Source of the DNA: Candidatus Latescibacterota bacterium
Lineage (GTDB): Bacteria; Latescibacterota; UBA2968; UBA8231
Direction of reading: 5' to 3'
Length of the DNA: 64,000 nt
Assembly (NCBI GenBank): GCA_964291625.2
Contig: OZ220089.1
Location: 832,001 to 896,000 of the forward strand
Part shown: positions 19,448 to 29,353 of the stretch, piece after piece
Numbering within the stretch: position 1 is the first letter of the stretch
How the letters are laid out: each line of letters opens with the position of its first letter
The notes under the pieces: generated by a model
Database searches by the model: none
What the model was told of the DNA's origin: nothing
Seen by the model: the letters and a program-made list of their open reading frames with translations, nothing else
Made by a program: the position numbers and the translations under genes

Positions 19448-20340
19448 GCCGGGTGGCCGGGCAGGAAGGTCTCCGGCCACTTGGGCTCGTAGTCGCTCTC
19501 GAAGAGCCAGTCGAAGCCGTCGGGAACGATGTGGGCGCGCTCCGGGCGGAGCCGCTCGGCGAGGGCCGGGAACAGGGCCATCAGGGAGTCCCGCTGTCCC
19601 TTCGGCAGGCCGCAGGGGACGCCCTCGGCGACCCACGGGGAGAGCATCGCCTTGCGCGGCACCCGGTCCTCGTTCTGCCAGGCCGAGTGCAGGCCGCTGC
19701 TGCACAGCACCAGGACCTGGCCGCGGCGGGCCACGCAGGGCACGGGCTCGCGCTCGATCCAGGGCACGCCTTCCGGGTCCGGCAGATGCTCGGGGAAGGC
19801 CGGGGCCTGCGGCGGCACGGGCGGGGGCCGCAGACCGTGCACGCGGGGCAGCATCGCCTTGTGCTCGTCCGTGAGCACCCGGTCCCAGTACTCCATGATC
19901 GGCCGGTGACTGCCGGGCAGGACACGCATGGCGCCGCGGTGGGCGGGAACCTCGTTCAGCCAGAACCACAGCTCCACGCGGGTCCGGCGGGGCGTGGCCG
20001 TGAAGTCCGACCAGGTGGCCTGCACGTCGGTGTGGCACCCCCGCGCCCACTGCTCGCGGGGATCGTCCCAGGGCGGCGGCGCCGGGGCGCGCGCATGGGG
20101 CCCCATGCTCCACCAGAAGTGCACGGCCCGGGCGCGCAGCACCCTCGCCGCCACCTCCTCGAAGAACGGGTGCTGCAGGGCGTCGACGTAGTCCGGCTCC
20201 TCGTACGGCGCCGCGCCGGCCGCCCTCAGCCGGTCCCAGGCCGCCTCTACCCGGTCCAGCTCCCGGTCGCTGAGGGGGCCGTCGATGGTGACGGCGCCCC
20301 GCTCCTCGTACTCCAACAGTTGTGCGTCGGTGATCGACAT
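19444..20340 (-). CDS. phytanoyl-CoA dioxygenase (PhyH) family Fe/2OG dioxygenase
   Basis: HTD, GAMRVLPGSH and distal LHSA facial-triad motifs. Confidence 0.85.
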   Translation of the reverse strand: MSITDAQLLEYEERGAVTIDGPLSDRELDRVEAAWDRLRAAGAAPYEEPDYVDALQHPFFEEVAARVLRARAVHFWWSMGPHARAPAPPPWDDPREQWARGCHTDVQATWSDFTATPRRTRVELWFWLNEVPAHRGAMRVLPGSHRPIMEYWDRVLTDEHKAMLPRVHGLRPPPVPPQAPAFPEHLPDPEGVPWIEREPVPCVARRGQVLVLCSSGLHSAWQNEDRVPRKAMLSPWVAEGVPCGLPKGQRDSLMALFPALAERLRPERAHIVPDGFDWLFESDYEPKWPETFLPGHPA

Positions 20341-20492
20341 GCGGCTTCCTCCCTACCGCGGAACATGGGAGAACCGCCGGGGCTCGCGCAACCGGGAGCC
20401 TTCGGTCGGGGCCTGGACCCGGGCAGCCCCGGCTCGACGGGAGGCCGCTCGGCGGATCTGGCCGGGCTGCGGTCTCCGTGCCGGGCGCGTGC

Positions 20493-21320
20493 TCAGCGGT
20501 CGGGCCACTCGTAGGCGTCCCTGGCGTTCTTCCAGAAGAACCTCTCGGCGGTCTCGGCGCCCCTCCCGCCGAAGTACTCGCGCACGATGCCGAAGCCGGT
20601 GGCGTAGGGCGCCGCCCGCTCGCACACCGGCCAGTTGCTCCCGTAGAGCAGGCGCTCCCCGCCGAAGGCGTTCCACATCGCGTCGAGGACAGGCCGGTAG
20701 TAGCCGACGTCGCCGGGGGCGGGTTGCTCGGCGCTCTTCTCCGTCAGGGCCGACACCTTCATGTAGACGTTGGCGTGGGCGCCTGCCGCCTCGATGAAGC
20801 CGGTCCACTCCGGGTCGGGTGGCCCGCCGTCGATAGCCGCGTTGGCGACATGCTCGATCACCAGGGTGAGATCCGGCAGCTCCCGGGCCAGGCGCAGGAA
20901 GCCGGCGCGCGCCTCGGCGTCGGCCGGCACGCAGTCGAGGACGAGGTCGTGATCGGCCAGCAGCTTCATCTCGTCGAGGAAGCCGCCGTCGAAGTCGCCC
21001 CAGGCGCGGATGCCCCGGAAGACCGGATGGGCGGCGAAGCGCTCCACCTGCTCCGCGAACCTCGGGGTGCCGCTCTCGAGCCGGCCCACGTAGCCGACGA
21101 TGACGGGGTTGCCGTCGGCCATGTCGAGGATCCACTGGTTGTCCTCCACCGTGCAGGCCGCCTCGACCACCACCGTCCCGGTCACCCCGCACGGGGACGC
21201 CTCGGCCAGGAAGTGCTCGGGCAGGACGGTGCGGTACAGCAGTTCCTCCTCCGGCGACGGCCAGGGCACGCCCTCAGGCCGGGTGGGATCGTAGAAGTGG
21301 GTGTGGGTGTCGATGATCAT
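20493..21320 (-). CDS. amidohydrolase_2 family (sugar lactonase-like)
   Basis: MIIDTHTHF, IEH, KVS, LYGSNWP. Confidence 0.88.
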   Translation of the reverse strand: MIIDTHTHFYDPTRPEGVPWPSPEEELLYRTVLPEHFLAEASPCGVTGTVVVEAACTVEDNQWILDMADGNPVIVGYVGRLESGTPRFAEQVERFAAHPVFRGIRAWGDFDGGFLDEMKLLADHDLVLDCVPADAEARAGFLRLARELPDLTLVIEHVANAAIDGGPPDPEWTGFIEAAGAHANVYMKVSALTEKSAEQPAPGDVGYYRPVLDAMWNAFGGERLLYGSNWPVCERAAPYATGFGIVREYFGGRGAETAERFFWKNARDAYEWPDR

Positions 21321-23089
21321 CCGAGTCCTCCGGCGGGGCGGATTGTGACGTAGTAGGAGCCGATGGTCCGTTCGCCGCGGTCGTGGAAAGCCGCCGAGAG
21401 CCGATCGGTACCGGCTGCGAGGGATACCTCGAAGACCGCCGCCGTGTCGCCGGGAGAGGTCTCCTGGTGGTAGCTCCTTCCGCCCACCGTCAGGGCCGCC
21501 CGGCCGATGGCCAGCGCCACTCCGCCGCTGTAGTGCGGGGCGTGCCGCTCCTGGATGGCGTCGCGGCGCCACTCGACATCGTCGCCCTCGATCCCGGCGT
21601 CCAGGGCATGGCCGGCGTCCTCCGGCCAGCGGCGCAGCTCGATGCGGTAGAGGCCGGCGCGGCGCACGTCGATCGCCCAGTAGCCGCTGGCGACGTGGCC
21701 CTCCCGCACCTGGCGCTGGTTCCAGGCGCCGTTGCACGCCTCGTTGCGCAGGTCGTGGGTGGTGAGCCGCACCGGTTCGGCGTCGCCCCCGACCACCATC
21801 GGCACGTCGCGGTCGAACTGCCCGGAGACCCGCTCCCACCACTGCTCGTAGCCGGCGCGCAGCTCGTCCACCACGCCGGGATGGTCCGCGGCGATGTCGC
21901 GGCGCTGGCCGGGGTCCTCGCCGAGGTGGTACAGCTCCACGCCGTGCACCAGGCGCCAGGGGCCGCGCATCACCGCGCTCAGGCGCCACTTCGCGGGATG
22001 GGCGATGCGCTGCGTGTCCGCCACCAGAACCCGCTCGCCCCAGGTGCCGTCGTCGTCGCCGCGCATCAGCGGCGCCAGGCTGCGGCCATGGAAGGAGCGC
22101 TCCTCCGGCGGCGTCACCCCGCACAGGTCCAGAATCGTCGGCATGAAGTCCACGTAGCTGCCGAGTTGCTCCACGTCGCGGCCGCCGCCGGCGCCGCCGT
22201 CAGGGTAGCGCAGGAAGAAGGGCACGCGGTGCCCGCCTTCGTAGGGCGACCCCTTCTGGCCGCGCATGCCGGCGTTGAAGCTCCCCGGCCCCTCCCGCGG
22301 GAACCCCCGCGCGTCCAGCTCCACGCCGCTGGCGGTGCCGTTGTCGGTCATGAAGACGACGATGGTGTTGCCGGCGAGCCCGAGCTCGTCCAGCCGCCGC
22401 AGCAGCACGCCGAAGTTCTCGTCGATGTTGGTGATCATGCCGTAGAAGCGGGCCCGGTCCTCGTGGGGGGTGGAGTCGGCGTAGGTGGCCGCCCAGCGGG
22501 GCTCGACGTTCAGGGGGCCGTGGGGCGCGTTGGTGGCGATGTGGCAGTAGAACGGCTCATTCCGGTGCGCCTCGATGAAGCGCAGGCCCTCGCGGAAGAA
22601 CACGTCGGTGCAGTAGCCGTCGAACTCTCGCGGTTCGCCGTTGACGTAGTAGGTGTCGTCGAAGTAGTCGTTGCCCCAGGGGTCGCCGATGTTGCCGATG
22701 CCGCCGCCGTTGTGGTAGACGGCGCGCTCGAAGCCGCGCTCGTGGGGGCGGAGGGGCTGGCTGTCGCCCAGGTGCCACTTGCCGAACTGGCCGGTGCGGT
22801 AGCCCGCCTCTCTCAGGGCGTCGGCCAGGGTCCACTCGTCCTCGCGCAGCAGCGAGCGTCCGCCGATGGTGTGCCACACGCCGGCGCTGTTGCAGAAGTG
22901 TCCGGTGAGCAGGCCGGCGCGGGTGGGAGCACAGGTGGTACCGACGTGGAAGTCGGTGAAGCGCACGGCGGCGCCGTGGAAGCGGTCCAGGTTGGGGGTG
23001 CGGATGGCGTCGTTGCCGTGGCACCCCAGGTCGCCGTAGCCCTGATCGTCGGTCAGGACGAATACGAGATTCGGTCTGCCTCCGGCCAT
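21317..23089 (-). CDS. arylsulfatase (formylglycine-dependent)
   Basis: PNLVFVLTDDQGYGD, CAPTRAGLLTG, GKWHLG, YEGGHRVP. Confidence 0.94.
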   Translation of the reverse strand: MAGGRPNLVFVLTDDQGYGDLGCHGNDAIRTPNLDRFHGAAVRFTDFHVGTTCAPTRAGLLTGHFCNSAGVWHTIGGRSLLREDEWTLADALREAGYRTGQFGKWHLGDSQPLRPHERGFERAVYHNGGGIGNIGDPWGNDYFDDTYYVNGEPREFDGYCTDVFFREGLRFIEAHRNEPFYCHIATNAPHGPLNVEPRWAATYADSTPHEDRARFYGMITNIDENFGVLLRRLDELGLAGNTIVVFMTDNGTASGVELDARGFPREGPGSFNAGMRGQKGSPYEGGHRVPFFLRYPDGGAGGGRDVEQLGSYVDFMPTILDLCGVTPPEERSFHGRSLAPLMRGDDDGTWGERVLVADTQRIAHPAKWRLSAVMRGPWRLVHGVELYHLGEDPGQRRDIAADHPGVVDELRAGYEQWWERVSGQFDRDVPMVVGGDAEPVRLTTHDLRNEACNGAWNQRQVREGHVASGYWAIDVRRAGLYRIELRRWPEDAGHALDAGIEGDDVEWRRDAIQERHAPHYSGGVALAIGRAALTVGGRSYHQETSPGDTAAVFEVSLAAGTDRLSAAFHDRGERTIGSYYVTIRPAGGLG

Positions 23090-23169
23090 GGGCCTCAAGA
23101 TAGAGGAAAAGCCGCCTGAAGGTGACTCCAGACGGCTTTCCCGTGACGCTCCACGGCCGAAGGCTCCCG

Positions 23170-24809
23170 CTACTTCAAGTAGAGCAGCCGCCGCGTCTCC
23201 ACCCCGCCGGGGTAGCTCAGGCGGGTGATGTAGACCCCGGACGACAGCGAGGCCCCCTGCTCGTCGCGGGCATCCCACTGCACCCGATAGGAGCCGGCGT
23301 GCTGGAACCGGTCTACCAGGGTGCGCACCGGCTGGCCCAGCACATTGTAGATCACCATCTCCACCGGCCCGGAGCTGGACAGGTGGTAGGCGATCTGCGT
23401 GGAGCTGTTGAACGGGTTGGGCCCGCCAGGAGCCAGACCGCTGGCCTGGGCCACGGCCTTGGCGGACGCCATGGCTTCGGAGCGTACCAGCCTCGCACCG
23501 CCGCCCAGGGTCAGTCTCAGCACGTGGCGGCGGTTGCGGTTGAGGGGTATGCTGCGCCACTGGCCGACGACCTCACCGCCGGCGTTGCGGGCGCGGACCT
23601 GGTAGAAACCGCTCACCGACCTCGAGCTGGTGATGGACAGGGACACCTGGCCGTCAGCGTCGGTGAAGGCGTTCCAGGCGAAATTGGCGGGGCGGCCTGA
23701 GGTGGCGCGGGAGAACTCGACGACCAAACCCTCGACGGCGTCGCCCTGGACGGTTGCCAGCACTTCCGTACGGGAAACGGGCCTCAGGTCAGAGCCTGCG
23801 TCGCCGGTATAGAACCCGGCACCGAGGACATACTCCTGACCCTGGAACGTGAACATCTCCGCATAGCCCACCTTGGGCGAGCCGAGGTCTTCGTCTCCTG
23901 TCACCGCGGGATCGTCGAAGTAATACTCGACGTAACCGCCGCCGGCCCTGGCCACTTTGATGAGTTCCTGGGCGACCTTGACTCCGTGGATATCCTCCCA
24001 CAGGGTCGCATCCCTGAGCTCTCGCGCCCGGTCGGCACCGTGGAAGATGACATGGCCCTCGGTGGTGAAGAGAAAGAAGTAGATGGAACCGTGCCTCCAG
24101 GGTCCTCCTTCTTCCCTGAAGATTTCGAAGTGGGGCAGGAGCTCATCGAGCTCGAATTGTTCCAGGGCCTTGTTGTAACTCTCCACCGAGCCGTGTACGA
24201 ATGCCCTGAGGGTTTCCCGATCCACCACGTCGGAGGCCGTGACCTCGGGGGGGGTAAAGATCGACGGATCGAAGGTTGCCGGAACGGCATTCGAGGGATC
24301 CTGGTAATAGCCGCCGATCAGGACCACCGTGGTAGCCGTTGTCCCGGAGGTATAGCTGGTGGCGTAGGCGGTCTTGGCGGTCTCTTCGTCCCCCTCCTGC
24401 TCCGGATCGTCCCAGTAGTACTCGACGAGACCTCCGCCCATTTCGGCTGCGGCCAGGAGATCCTGCACGACCTTGTTGCCGCGGGCGTCCTCTGCTTCGT
24501 AGAGGCTCTTGCCGTTCACGGTCGGGTCATCGGCATGAATGATCACCGTCCCGTTCGGCAACATGAGGATGAGGTACGTGTTCCCGTGCTTCCAGTCGCC
24601 CTCGGTGCTGATGGTGGCCACATAGGACGGAAAATCGTTGGGATCGGTAAACGTCGCCGACCATGCTTTTGCGCCCTCCACGAAGGCTTCCAGCGTTTCC
24701 CCGTCCACCACGTCGCTGGCCGTTACCTCGGGGGTTGAGATGCCGCGGGGCCGGTGGCGACGAAGAAGCCTGCCAACCCCACGATGAGTGCCGCGGTCAG
24801 ATGCTTCAC
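23170..24809 (-). CDS. secreted protein with two tandem Cache-type domains and C-terminal FlgD-Ig/T9SS-A-like domain; frameshift near 24732
   Basis: AGGAG RBS then GTG 24809 encoding signal peptide MKHLTAALIVGLAGFFVATGPAASQ, out of frame with the main ORF at G5 run 24730-24734; two PEVTASDVVD.ETL.AFV...GG.VEYY.DDP units; PNPFNSST...SGVY. Confidence 0.78.
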
Positions 24810-24953
24810 GATGAGCTCCTTTCCATGGGTGACGTCTCTCCACAAGGATGTGTCAAAATATAATACAATCCGGGCCCGCCTCGAATGACGCGATCGCCTG
24901 ACTCTGCCGCACCTTGCCCATCCTGCTACGGACCGACCGCTGATGGCGCGCGC

Positions 24954-26537
24954 TCACGGCTGACCCTGGCTGACCACGAACTGTGACAGCAGGTCGAGGT
25001 TGCGGTTGAAGGTCCGGCAGGAGATGATCCGGGCGGGGATCGGCCTGTGGCGGTCTTCGGGGTTTCTCAGGCGGCCCTCCTCCAGCCAGCGGCCCTCTTC
25101 GTCGATGGCCTCGATGACGGCCTCGATCCGTTCCGCGGCGACCGGCCGCACCCGGGCGCGCTCGGCCAGGACGGCCTGGCGGCCCTCCTCGAGAATACGC
25201 CGGTAGAGGCTCTCGATGCGATCCGCGCGGTTTCCCACCTTGAAGGCATAGTGCGCCGGCAGGTCCGCATCGCTGTAGGTGAGCGCGTATTCCCGGGTGA
25301 AGTAGAGGGGCCGGTTGGTCTTCAACTCGTAGAACCGGGCCAGGCGGCCATCGGGCAGCCGCGAGGCCCTGACCCACGCCAGGGCCCGGGGGACCGGCTC
25401 GAGGAAGCGCGGCTCCCCGAAGGCGAGGTACAGCTCCAGCAGGATCCGCATGACGCCGAAACTCTCGCCTCCGGTGATGGCGGGCGGCTCGAAGCGGCGC
25501 GCCCAGGCCGGCTCCATGTCCAGGTTGTACTGCTGGGCCCAGGCCGGCTGGGGATCGGGCATCTGGGCCAGGATGATGAAGTCGCCGCCCCTCTCGGCGG
25601 CGCGGCGCCAGCGGTCGTCGCCGTAGATGTCGTGGGCCTCGATCATGGTGGCGATGACGTCGGGAATGGTGTTGTCGTTGAAGGTGTAGTACGCGAGATA
25701 GCGCTCCCTGGGATACTCCCGTGACCAGCTCTCCGGATAGCGAGCCTTGCGGACGGGGAACTCGCCGGGGTCGGCCGGCTTGTCGTAGCGCTGGGGCCAG
25801 GCGCCGTTGGGGTACTGGGCCTCGAGGAGGGACTCCAACCCGTAGAGGACGGCGCGGTGCAGCTCCCTGTCGGCGAAGTCGAGGTGCTTGTCGACCCGCA
25901 TGAGCAGCCGCAGGGCGCTCTGCGTGTTGTCGTCGTCCAGGGTCGAGCGGTTGCGGCGGTCTCCCGTGGCGCGGTCGCCCTGCTCGACATCGCGCCGGTA
26001 GTGCCAGTTCCGGCTCTTCTCCGGGTCGAAGTCGATCCGGTAGTCCCAGCCGCCCGAAGCCAGCTGCCCCCACGCCAGGGCGCGCGCCGCCTCCACCGCG
26101 CCGTCGAGGAAGAGGGTGTCGCCGGTGGCCTCCCAGGCGCGGAGGAAGGCCATGCCGACCGCTGGCGTGCCCGGGGGCTGCACCCAGATGGTGGTCGGCG
26201 ACGCGATCCCCTCCCCTTCTCGCCGGGAGAGATCGCTCTCGTAGAGCCAGAGATAGCCGCCGTTGGTCGCCACCTGGCCGCGGAAGTAGCTCGCCGCCTT
26301 GACCATGGTCTCCACCGCTGCCCGCTGCAGGGCCTCGTCCCCGTGGAGGGGCACGCTGCACAGCAACGGCAGGAGCAGGGCAGGGAGCAGTTGGATTCTG
26401 CGGTCTCTGCGGCTGTCCGGGGAGACCGCGGAAAGGGGCCTGGCGGCGGTCGAGGGTCTGGAGACGCGCCACGCTCCACCTGCCGCGGAGGGCGGCCTGC
26501 GCTGGTTGGTGTCGGCCGAAGGCCTGGTGACTTGCAC
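24954..26537 (-). CDS. pectate lyase-like protein (PL10/PelA family)
   Basis: STLDDDNT, QYPNGAWPQ, YTFND, AWAQQY, PAWARRFEPPAI; signal-like LLPALLLPLLCSVPLHG; start uncertain. Confidence 0.78.
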   Translation of the reverse strand: MQVTRPSADTNQRRPPSAAGGAWRVSRPSTAARPLSAVSPDSRRDRRIQLLPALLLPLLCSVPLHGDEALQRAAVETMVKAASYFRGQVATNGGYLWLYESDLSRREGEGIASPTTIWVQPPGTPAVGMAFLRAWEATGDTLFLDGAVEAARALAWGQLASGGWDYRIDFDPEKSRNWHYRRDVEQGDRATGDRRNRSTLDDDNTQSALRLLMRVDKHLDFADRELHRAVLYGLESLLEAQYPNGAWPQRYDKPADPGEFPVRKARYPESWSREYPRERYLAYYTFNDNTIPDVIATMIEAHDIYGDDRWRRAAERGGDFIILAQMPDPQPAWAQQYNLDMEPAWARRFEPPAITGGESFGVMRILLELYLAFGEPRFLEPVPRALAWVRASRLPDGRLARFYELKTNRPLYFTREYALTYSDADLPAHYAFKVGNRADRIESLYRRILEEGRQAVLAERARVRPVAAERIEAVIEAIDEEGRWLEEGRLRNPEDRHRPIPARIISCRTFNRNLDLLSQFVVSQGQP

Positions 26538-26588
26538 GGTCAGCCCGCTGCACCCCCCGGTCGACGGGCGGCTCCCGGCGGCTCGGAG

Positions 26589-27302
26589 CTACCCCCGGGG
26601 CATGGCCCCCAGGGCGCCGGCGAACTCGGCGCTCGTCGAGGTGTAGCCCACGACGTGCTCGAAGTTGCGCAGCATCACCTTGCGCAGCCAGCCGCCCTCC
26701 TCGAGGGACTCGTCGACGGTGTCGGGATACTCCGCCGAGGAGGTGCAGTCGCGCAGCATGACGACGCGGTAGTTGTGCTCCACGGCGCCGGCGCAGGTGA
26801 AGTAGAGGCAGGAGCGCTGCGAGAACCCCACGGCCACCAGGCTCTCGATGCCGTGGCAGCGCAGGTGGTAGTCGACGTGGGTCTCGTGGAAGCCCGACCA
26901 CTCGCGCTTGGGGAAGTCGGGCTCGTGGGGCAGGGGCCGGATGGAGGGCGAGTAGTCCGGCCTCACCGGCTCCCGCGGCGGGGCCCCCCGGGTGCCGGCC
27001 TCCGCATCTCCCCAGCGGGTGCCGTGGATCTCGCGCTTGATGCTGCCGGGCTCGTCGCACAGGGAGAAGTCGTTGTGGATGTAGATCACGTGCATGCCCG
27101 CCGCCCTCGCCGCCGCCAGGGCCGGTGCGATCCCCTCCTCCACGTACGGGTTCCCGGCACCGCAGTCGCTGTCGACGATCATGAAGGCGGTGCGCTCCAG
27201 CTCCAGGTCGAGGGTGCCGTGGACGAGGCCGTCCCCCTGCGCCTCGCCCCGGTAGTAGCCGGCGCCGCGGTACCAGCGGACCGGCAGGGCCAGGGCGGTC
27301 AC
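26589..27302 (-). CDS. isochorismatase-family cysteine hydrolase
   Basis: TAFMIVD, K..WSGF, GFSQRSC, VMLRDCT; GTGA overlap with upstream gene. Confidence 0.82.
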   Translation of the reverse strand: MTALALPVRWYRGAGYYRGEAQGDGLVHGTLDLELERTAFMIVDSDCGAGNPYVEEGIAPALAAARAAGMHVIYIHNDFSLCDEPGSIKREIHGTRWGDAEAGTRGAPPREPVRPDYSPSIRPLPHEPDFPKREWSGFHETHVDYHLRCHGIESLVAVGFSQRSCLYFTCAGAVEHNYRVVMLRDCTSSAEYPDTVDESLEEGGWLRKVMLRNFEHVVGYTSTSAEFAGALGAMPRG

Positions 27303-28627
27303 CGGAAGACCTCCTTGGGCGGCGAGTTCGGCGGCCAGTAGCCCTCCGGGTCCTCGTCCCACTCGCGGCCGCACATGCGCGAGATCACCTTCCACTCCGC
27401 CGCCGTCAGGTGGCCGTGGTTGTGGAACAGGAAGCGCCGCAGGCCCGCCCCCTCCGAGGCCTCGAGGATTCGCTTGAGGTCCCCCGCCGTCATCGGGTCG
27501 CCGCGGTGGGGCATGCGCCCCGTGTCCACCCAGGGCAGGACCTTCTCGGGCCGGCTTGCCGCGGCCAGGGCGCGGCGCGTCTCCTCGGCCACGGTCTCGT
27601 CGAAGAAGGCCTGGGGGAAGCCGTGGTCCATGTCGGCCGTGGACTCCACCTCCGGCAGGTCGGTGCCGAACCAGGCGCGGACCACCGCGAAGCAGTCGGC
27701 CTCCGTCAGCCCCGGGTTCAGCTCCTTCACCTTCTCCACCCAGCGGGTGATCGTCCCGTAGAGGCCGTCGAAGCCGCGCTGCCAGAAGTAGTGCTTCACC
27801 AGCATCAGGTCGAGGATCTCGTCCCAGGCGGCGTAGTCGATGCCGGTGATGCCGGTGAACATGGCCGTGCGCAGGCCGTTGCCGAGGAGCAGCTCGCGCG
27901 GCAGCCGGTCGAGCTCGGCGCGGAAGGCCCGGCCCTCGGCCAGGCTCGCCTCGCGGCGCCAGCGCAGCCAGTAGAGGCCGTCCTCGCGCAGGTCGAAGAG
28001 GTTCACGGCCGACAGCATGCCGTGGTGGCCGTAGTAGCGTACCCGCCGGGGGGTGAGCCGCGAGAACGCCTCCATCAGCTGCCGGCGGCCATTCTCCAGG
28101 TGGTCCGCGTCGTGGCCGGTGACCTCCGCCCGGCGGCGGTCGGCGGCGGTGAGCTCGCGGAAGACGGCGCCGTACTCGTAGGGCAGCTCCGCCCAGCCGT
28201 CCATGACCCCGCCGTCGGCCTGGGGGAAGGCCGAGAACACGTCCTCCCACACGGCGGCGTGGGACAGGGCGCCGAGGGGATCGTGCCCGGGCGGCGCCGA
28301 GACGCGGTGGGTGCTCTGGCCGGGGCAGAACACGAGGACCGGCCAGCCCCGGCCCTTGGCGTCGTCGAGCATGGCGTGGAGCTGCTTCTCCCGGACCGCG
28401 TCGGGCTCCGCCGAAGCCGGGGCCAGCTCCAGGCCGCGGCGGCGGAAGGGCTCCGGGTCGGGGCGGAAGGCCGGCACCGTGAACCCGCCCTTGCCGTCGG
28501 CGAAGACCAGCCGCCCGAAGACGAGGCCGCGGATGCCGCCCGCGTCCCAGGCGTCGAGAATGCGCTCGTAGTCGTCGAGGACGTTCTCCAGCGGCTGTCC
28601 GATGCGGATCCAGGGTACCAACGCCAT
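27299..28627 (-). CDS. hypothetical protein (possible TIM-barrel enzyme)
   Basis: 442-aa ORF with protein-like composition, GGAG RBS, operonic position; no recognised motif. Confidence 0.75.
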   Translation of the reverse strand: MALVPWIRIGQPLENVLDDYERILDAWDAGGIRGLVFGRLVFADGKGGFTVPAFRPDPEPFRRRGLELAPASAEPDAVREKQLHAMLDDAKGRGWPVLVFCPGQSTHRVSAPPGHDPLGALSHAAVWEDVFSAFPQADGGVMDGWAELPYEYGAVFRELTAADRRRAEVTGHDADHLENGRRQLMEAFSRLTPRRVRYYGHHGMLSAVNLFDLREDGLYWLRWRREASLAEGRAFRAELDRLPRELLLGNGLRTAMFTGITGIDYAAWDEILDLMLVKHYFWQRGFDGLYGTITRWVEKVKELNPGLTEADCFAVVRAWFGTDLPEVESTADMDHGFPQAFFDETVAEETRRALAAASRPEKVLPWVDTGRMPHRGDPMTAGDLKRILEASEGAGLRRFLFHNHGHLTAAEWKVISRMCGREWDEDPEGYWPPNSPPKEVFR

Positions 28628-28630
28628 GAT

Positions 28631-29353
28631 CTATCTCCCTCCGCGGGCGGTGCTGTCCGCGGCGCCGGCGGTCGAGTCCGCCATGGCCCCGTACTGCTCC
28701 AGCAGCAGCAGTCTCTCCTGCTCCTGCCGGCGTTTCCACCTCGCCTGCTCCAGGCGCCCCAGCTCCAGCCGCTGGGAGGCGGTGAGCAGCTCCTCGAAGC
28801 CGGTCCGGTAGCGCTCCTGGAACACCTCGTAGTCGTCAAGGGACGGTGGGCGCCCTGCCTTCTTGAGGGCGGCCACCTCCTCGCGCAGCTCCGTCAGCAG
28901 CTGCAGCCACTGCCGCCGCTGCTCCGGCGACAGGTAGAGGACGTCCGCCAGCCCCATGGGCTCCACGTGCTGTCCGGGATCGAGCCGCCGCTCGCGCTGG
29001 TAGCGGCGGGCGCGGTCGATGAGGGCCAGCTGGTCCTTGGTGAGCACCCGGTCCCGCCCCGCCCGGTAGGCGTCGATGGCCTGGCGGTAGCGCACCCGCC
29101 CCCCCCGGGGCGAGATGCGGCCCTCCTCGATCTGGAGGCGCAGCAGGTCGAGCTCCTCCTGCAGGCGCCGTCTCGGATCCCTCAGAGCCTGCCGCTGGGC
29201 GTCGCCGAGGTCGAGGGCCAGCATCAGGCGGCGGTGGAAGTCCTCCCGGAGGCTGTCGCCGGGGGCCGGAGAGGGCGGCTGTCCCGAGGCGGGACCGGCG
29301 GCGAGGAGGGAGAGCATGAGCAGGCCGGCGAGGGGCCCCGTGGGTGAGCGCAT
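28631..29353 (-). CDS. secreted helical protein, Spy/CpxP-like repeats
   Basis: Signal peptide; repeated L.L...Q....VLT..Q pattern (LDLGDAQR, VLTKDQ, LSPEQR, LLTASQ). Confidence 0.6.
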   Translation of the reverse strand: MRSPTGPLAGLLMLSLLAAGPASGQPPSPAPGDSLREDFHRRLMLALDLGDAQRQALRDPRRRLQEELDLLRLQIEEGRISPRGGRVRYRQAIDAYRAGRDRVLTKDQLALIDRARRYQRERRLDPGQHVEPMGLADVLYLSPEQRRQWLQLLTELREEVAALKKAGRPPSLDDYEVFQERYRTGFEELLTASQRLELGRLEQARWKRRQEQERLLLLEQYGAMADSTAGAADSTARGGR

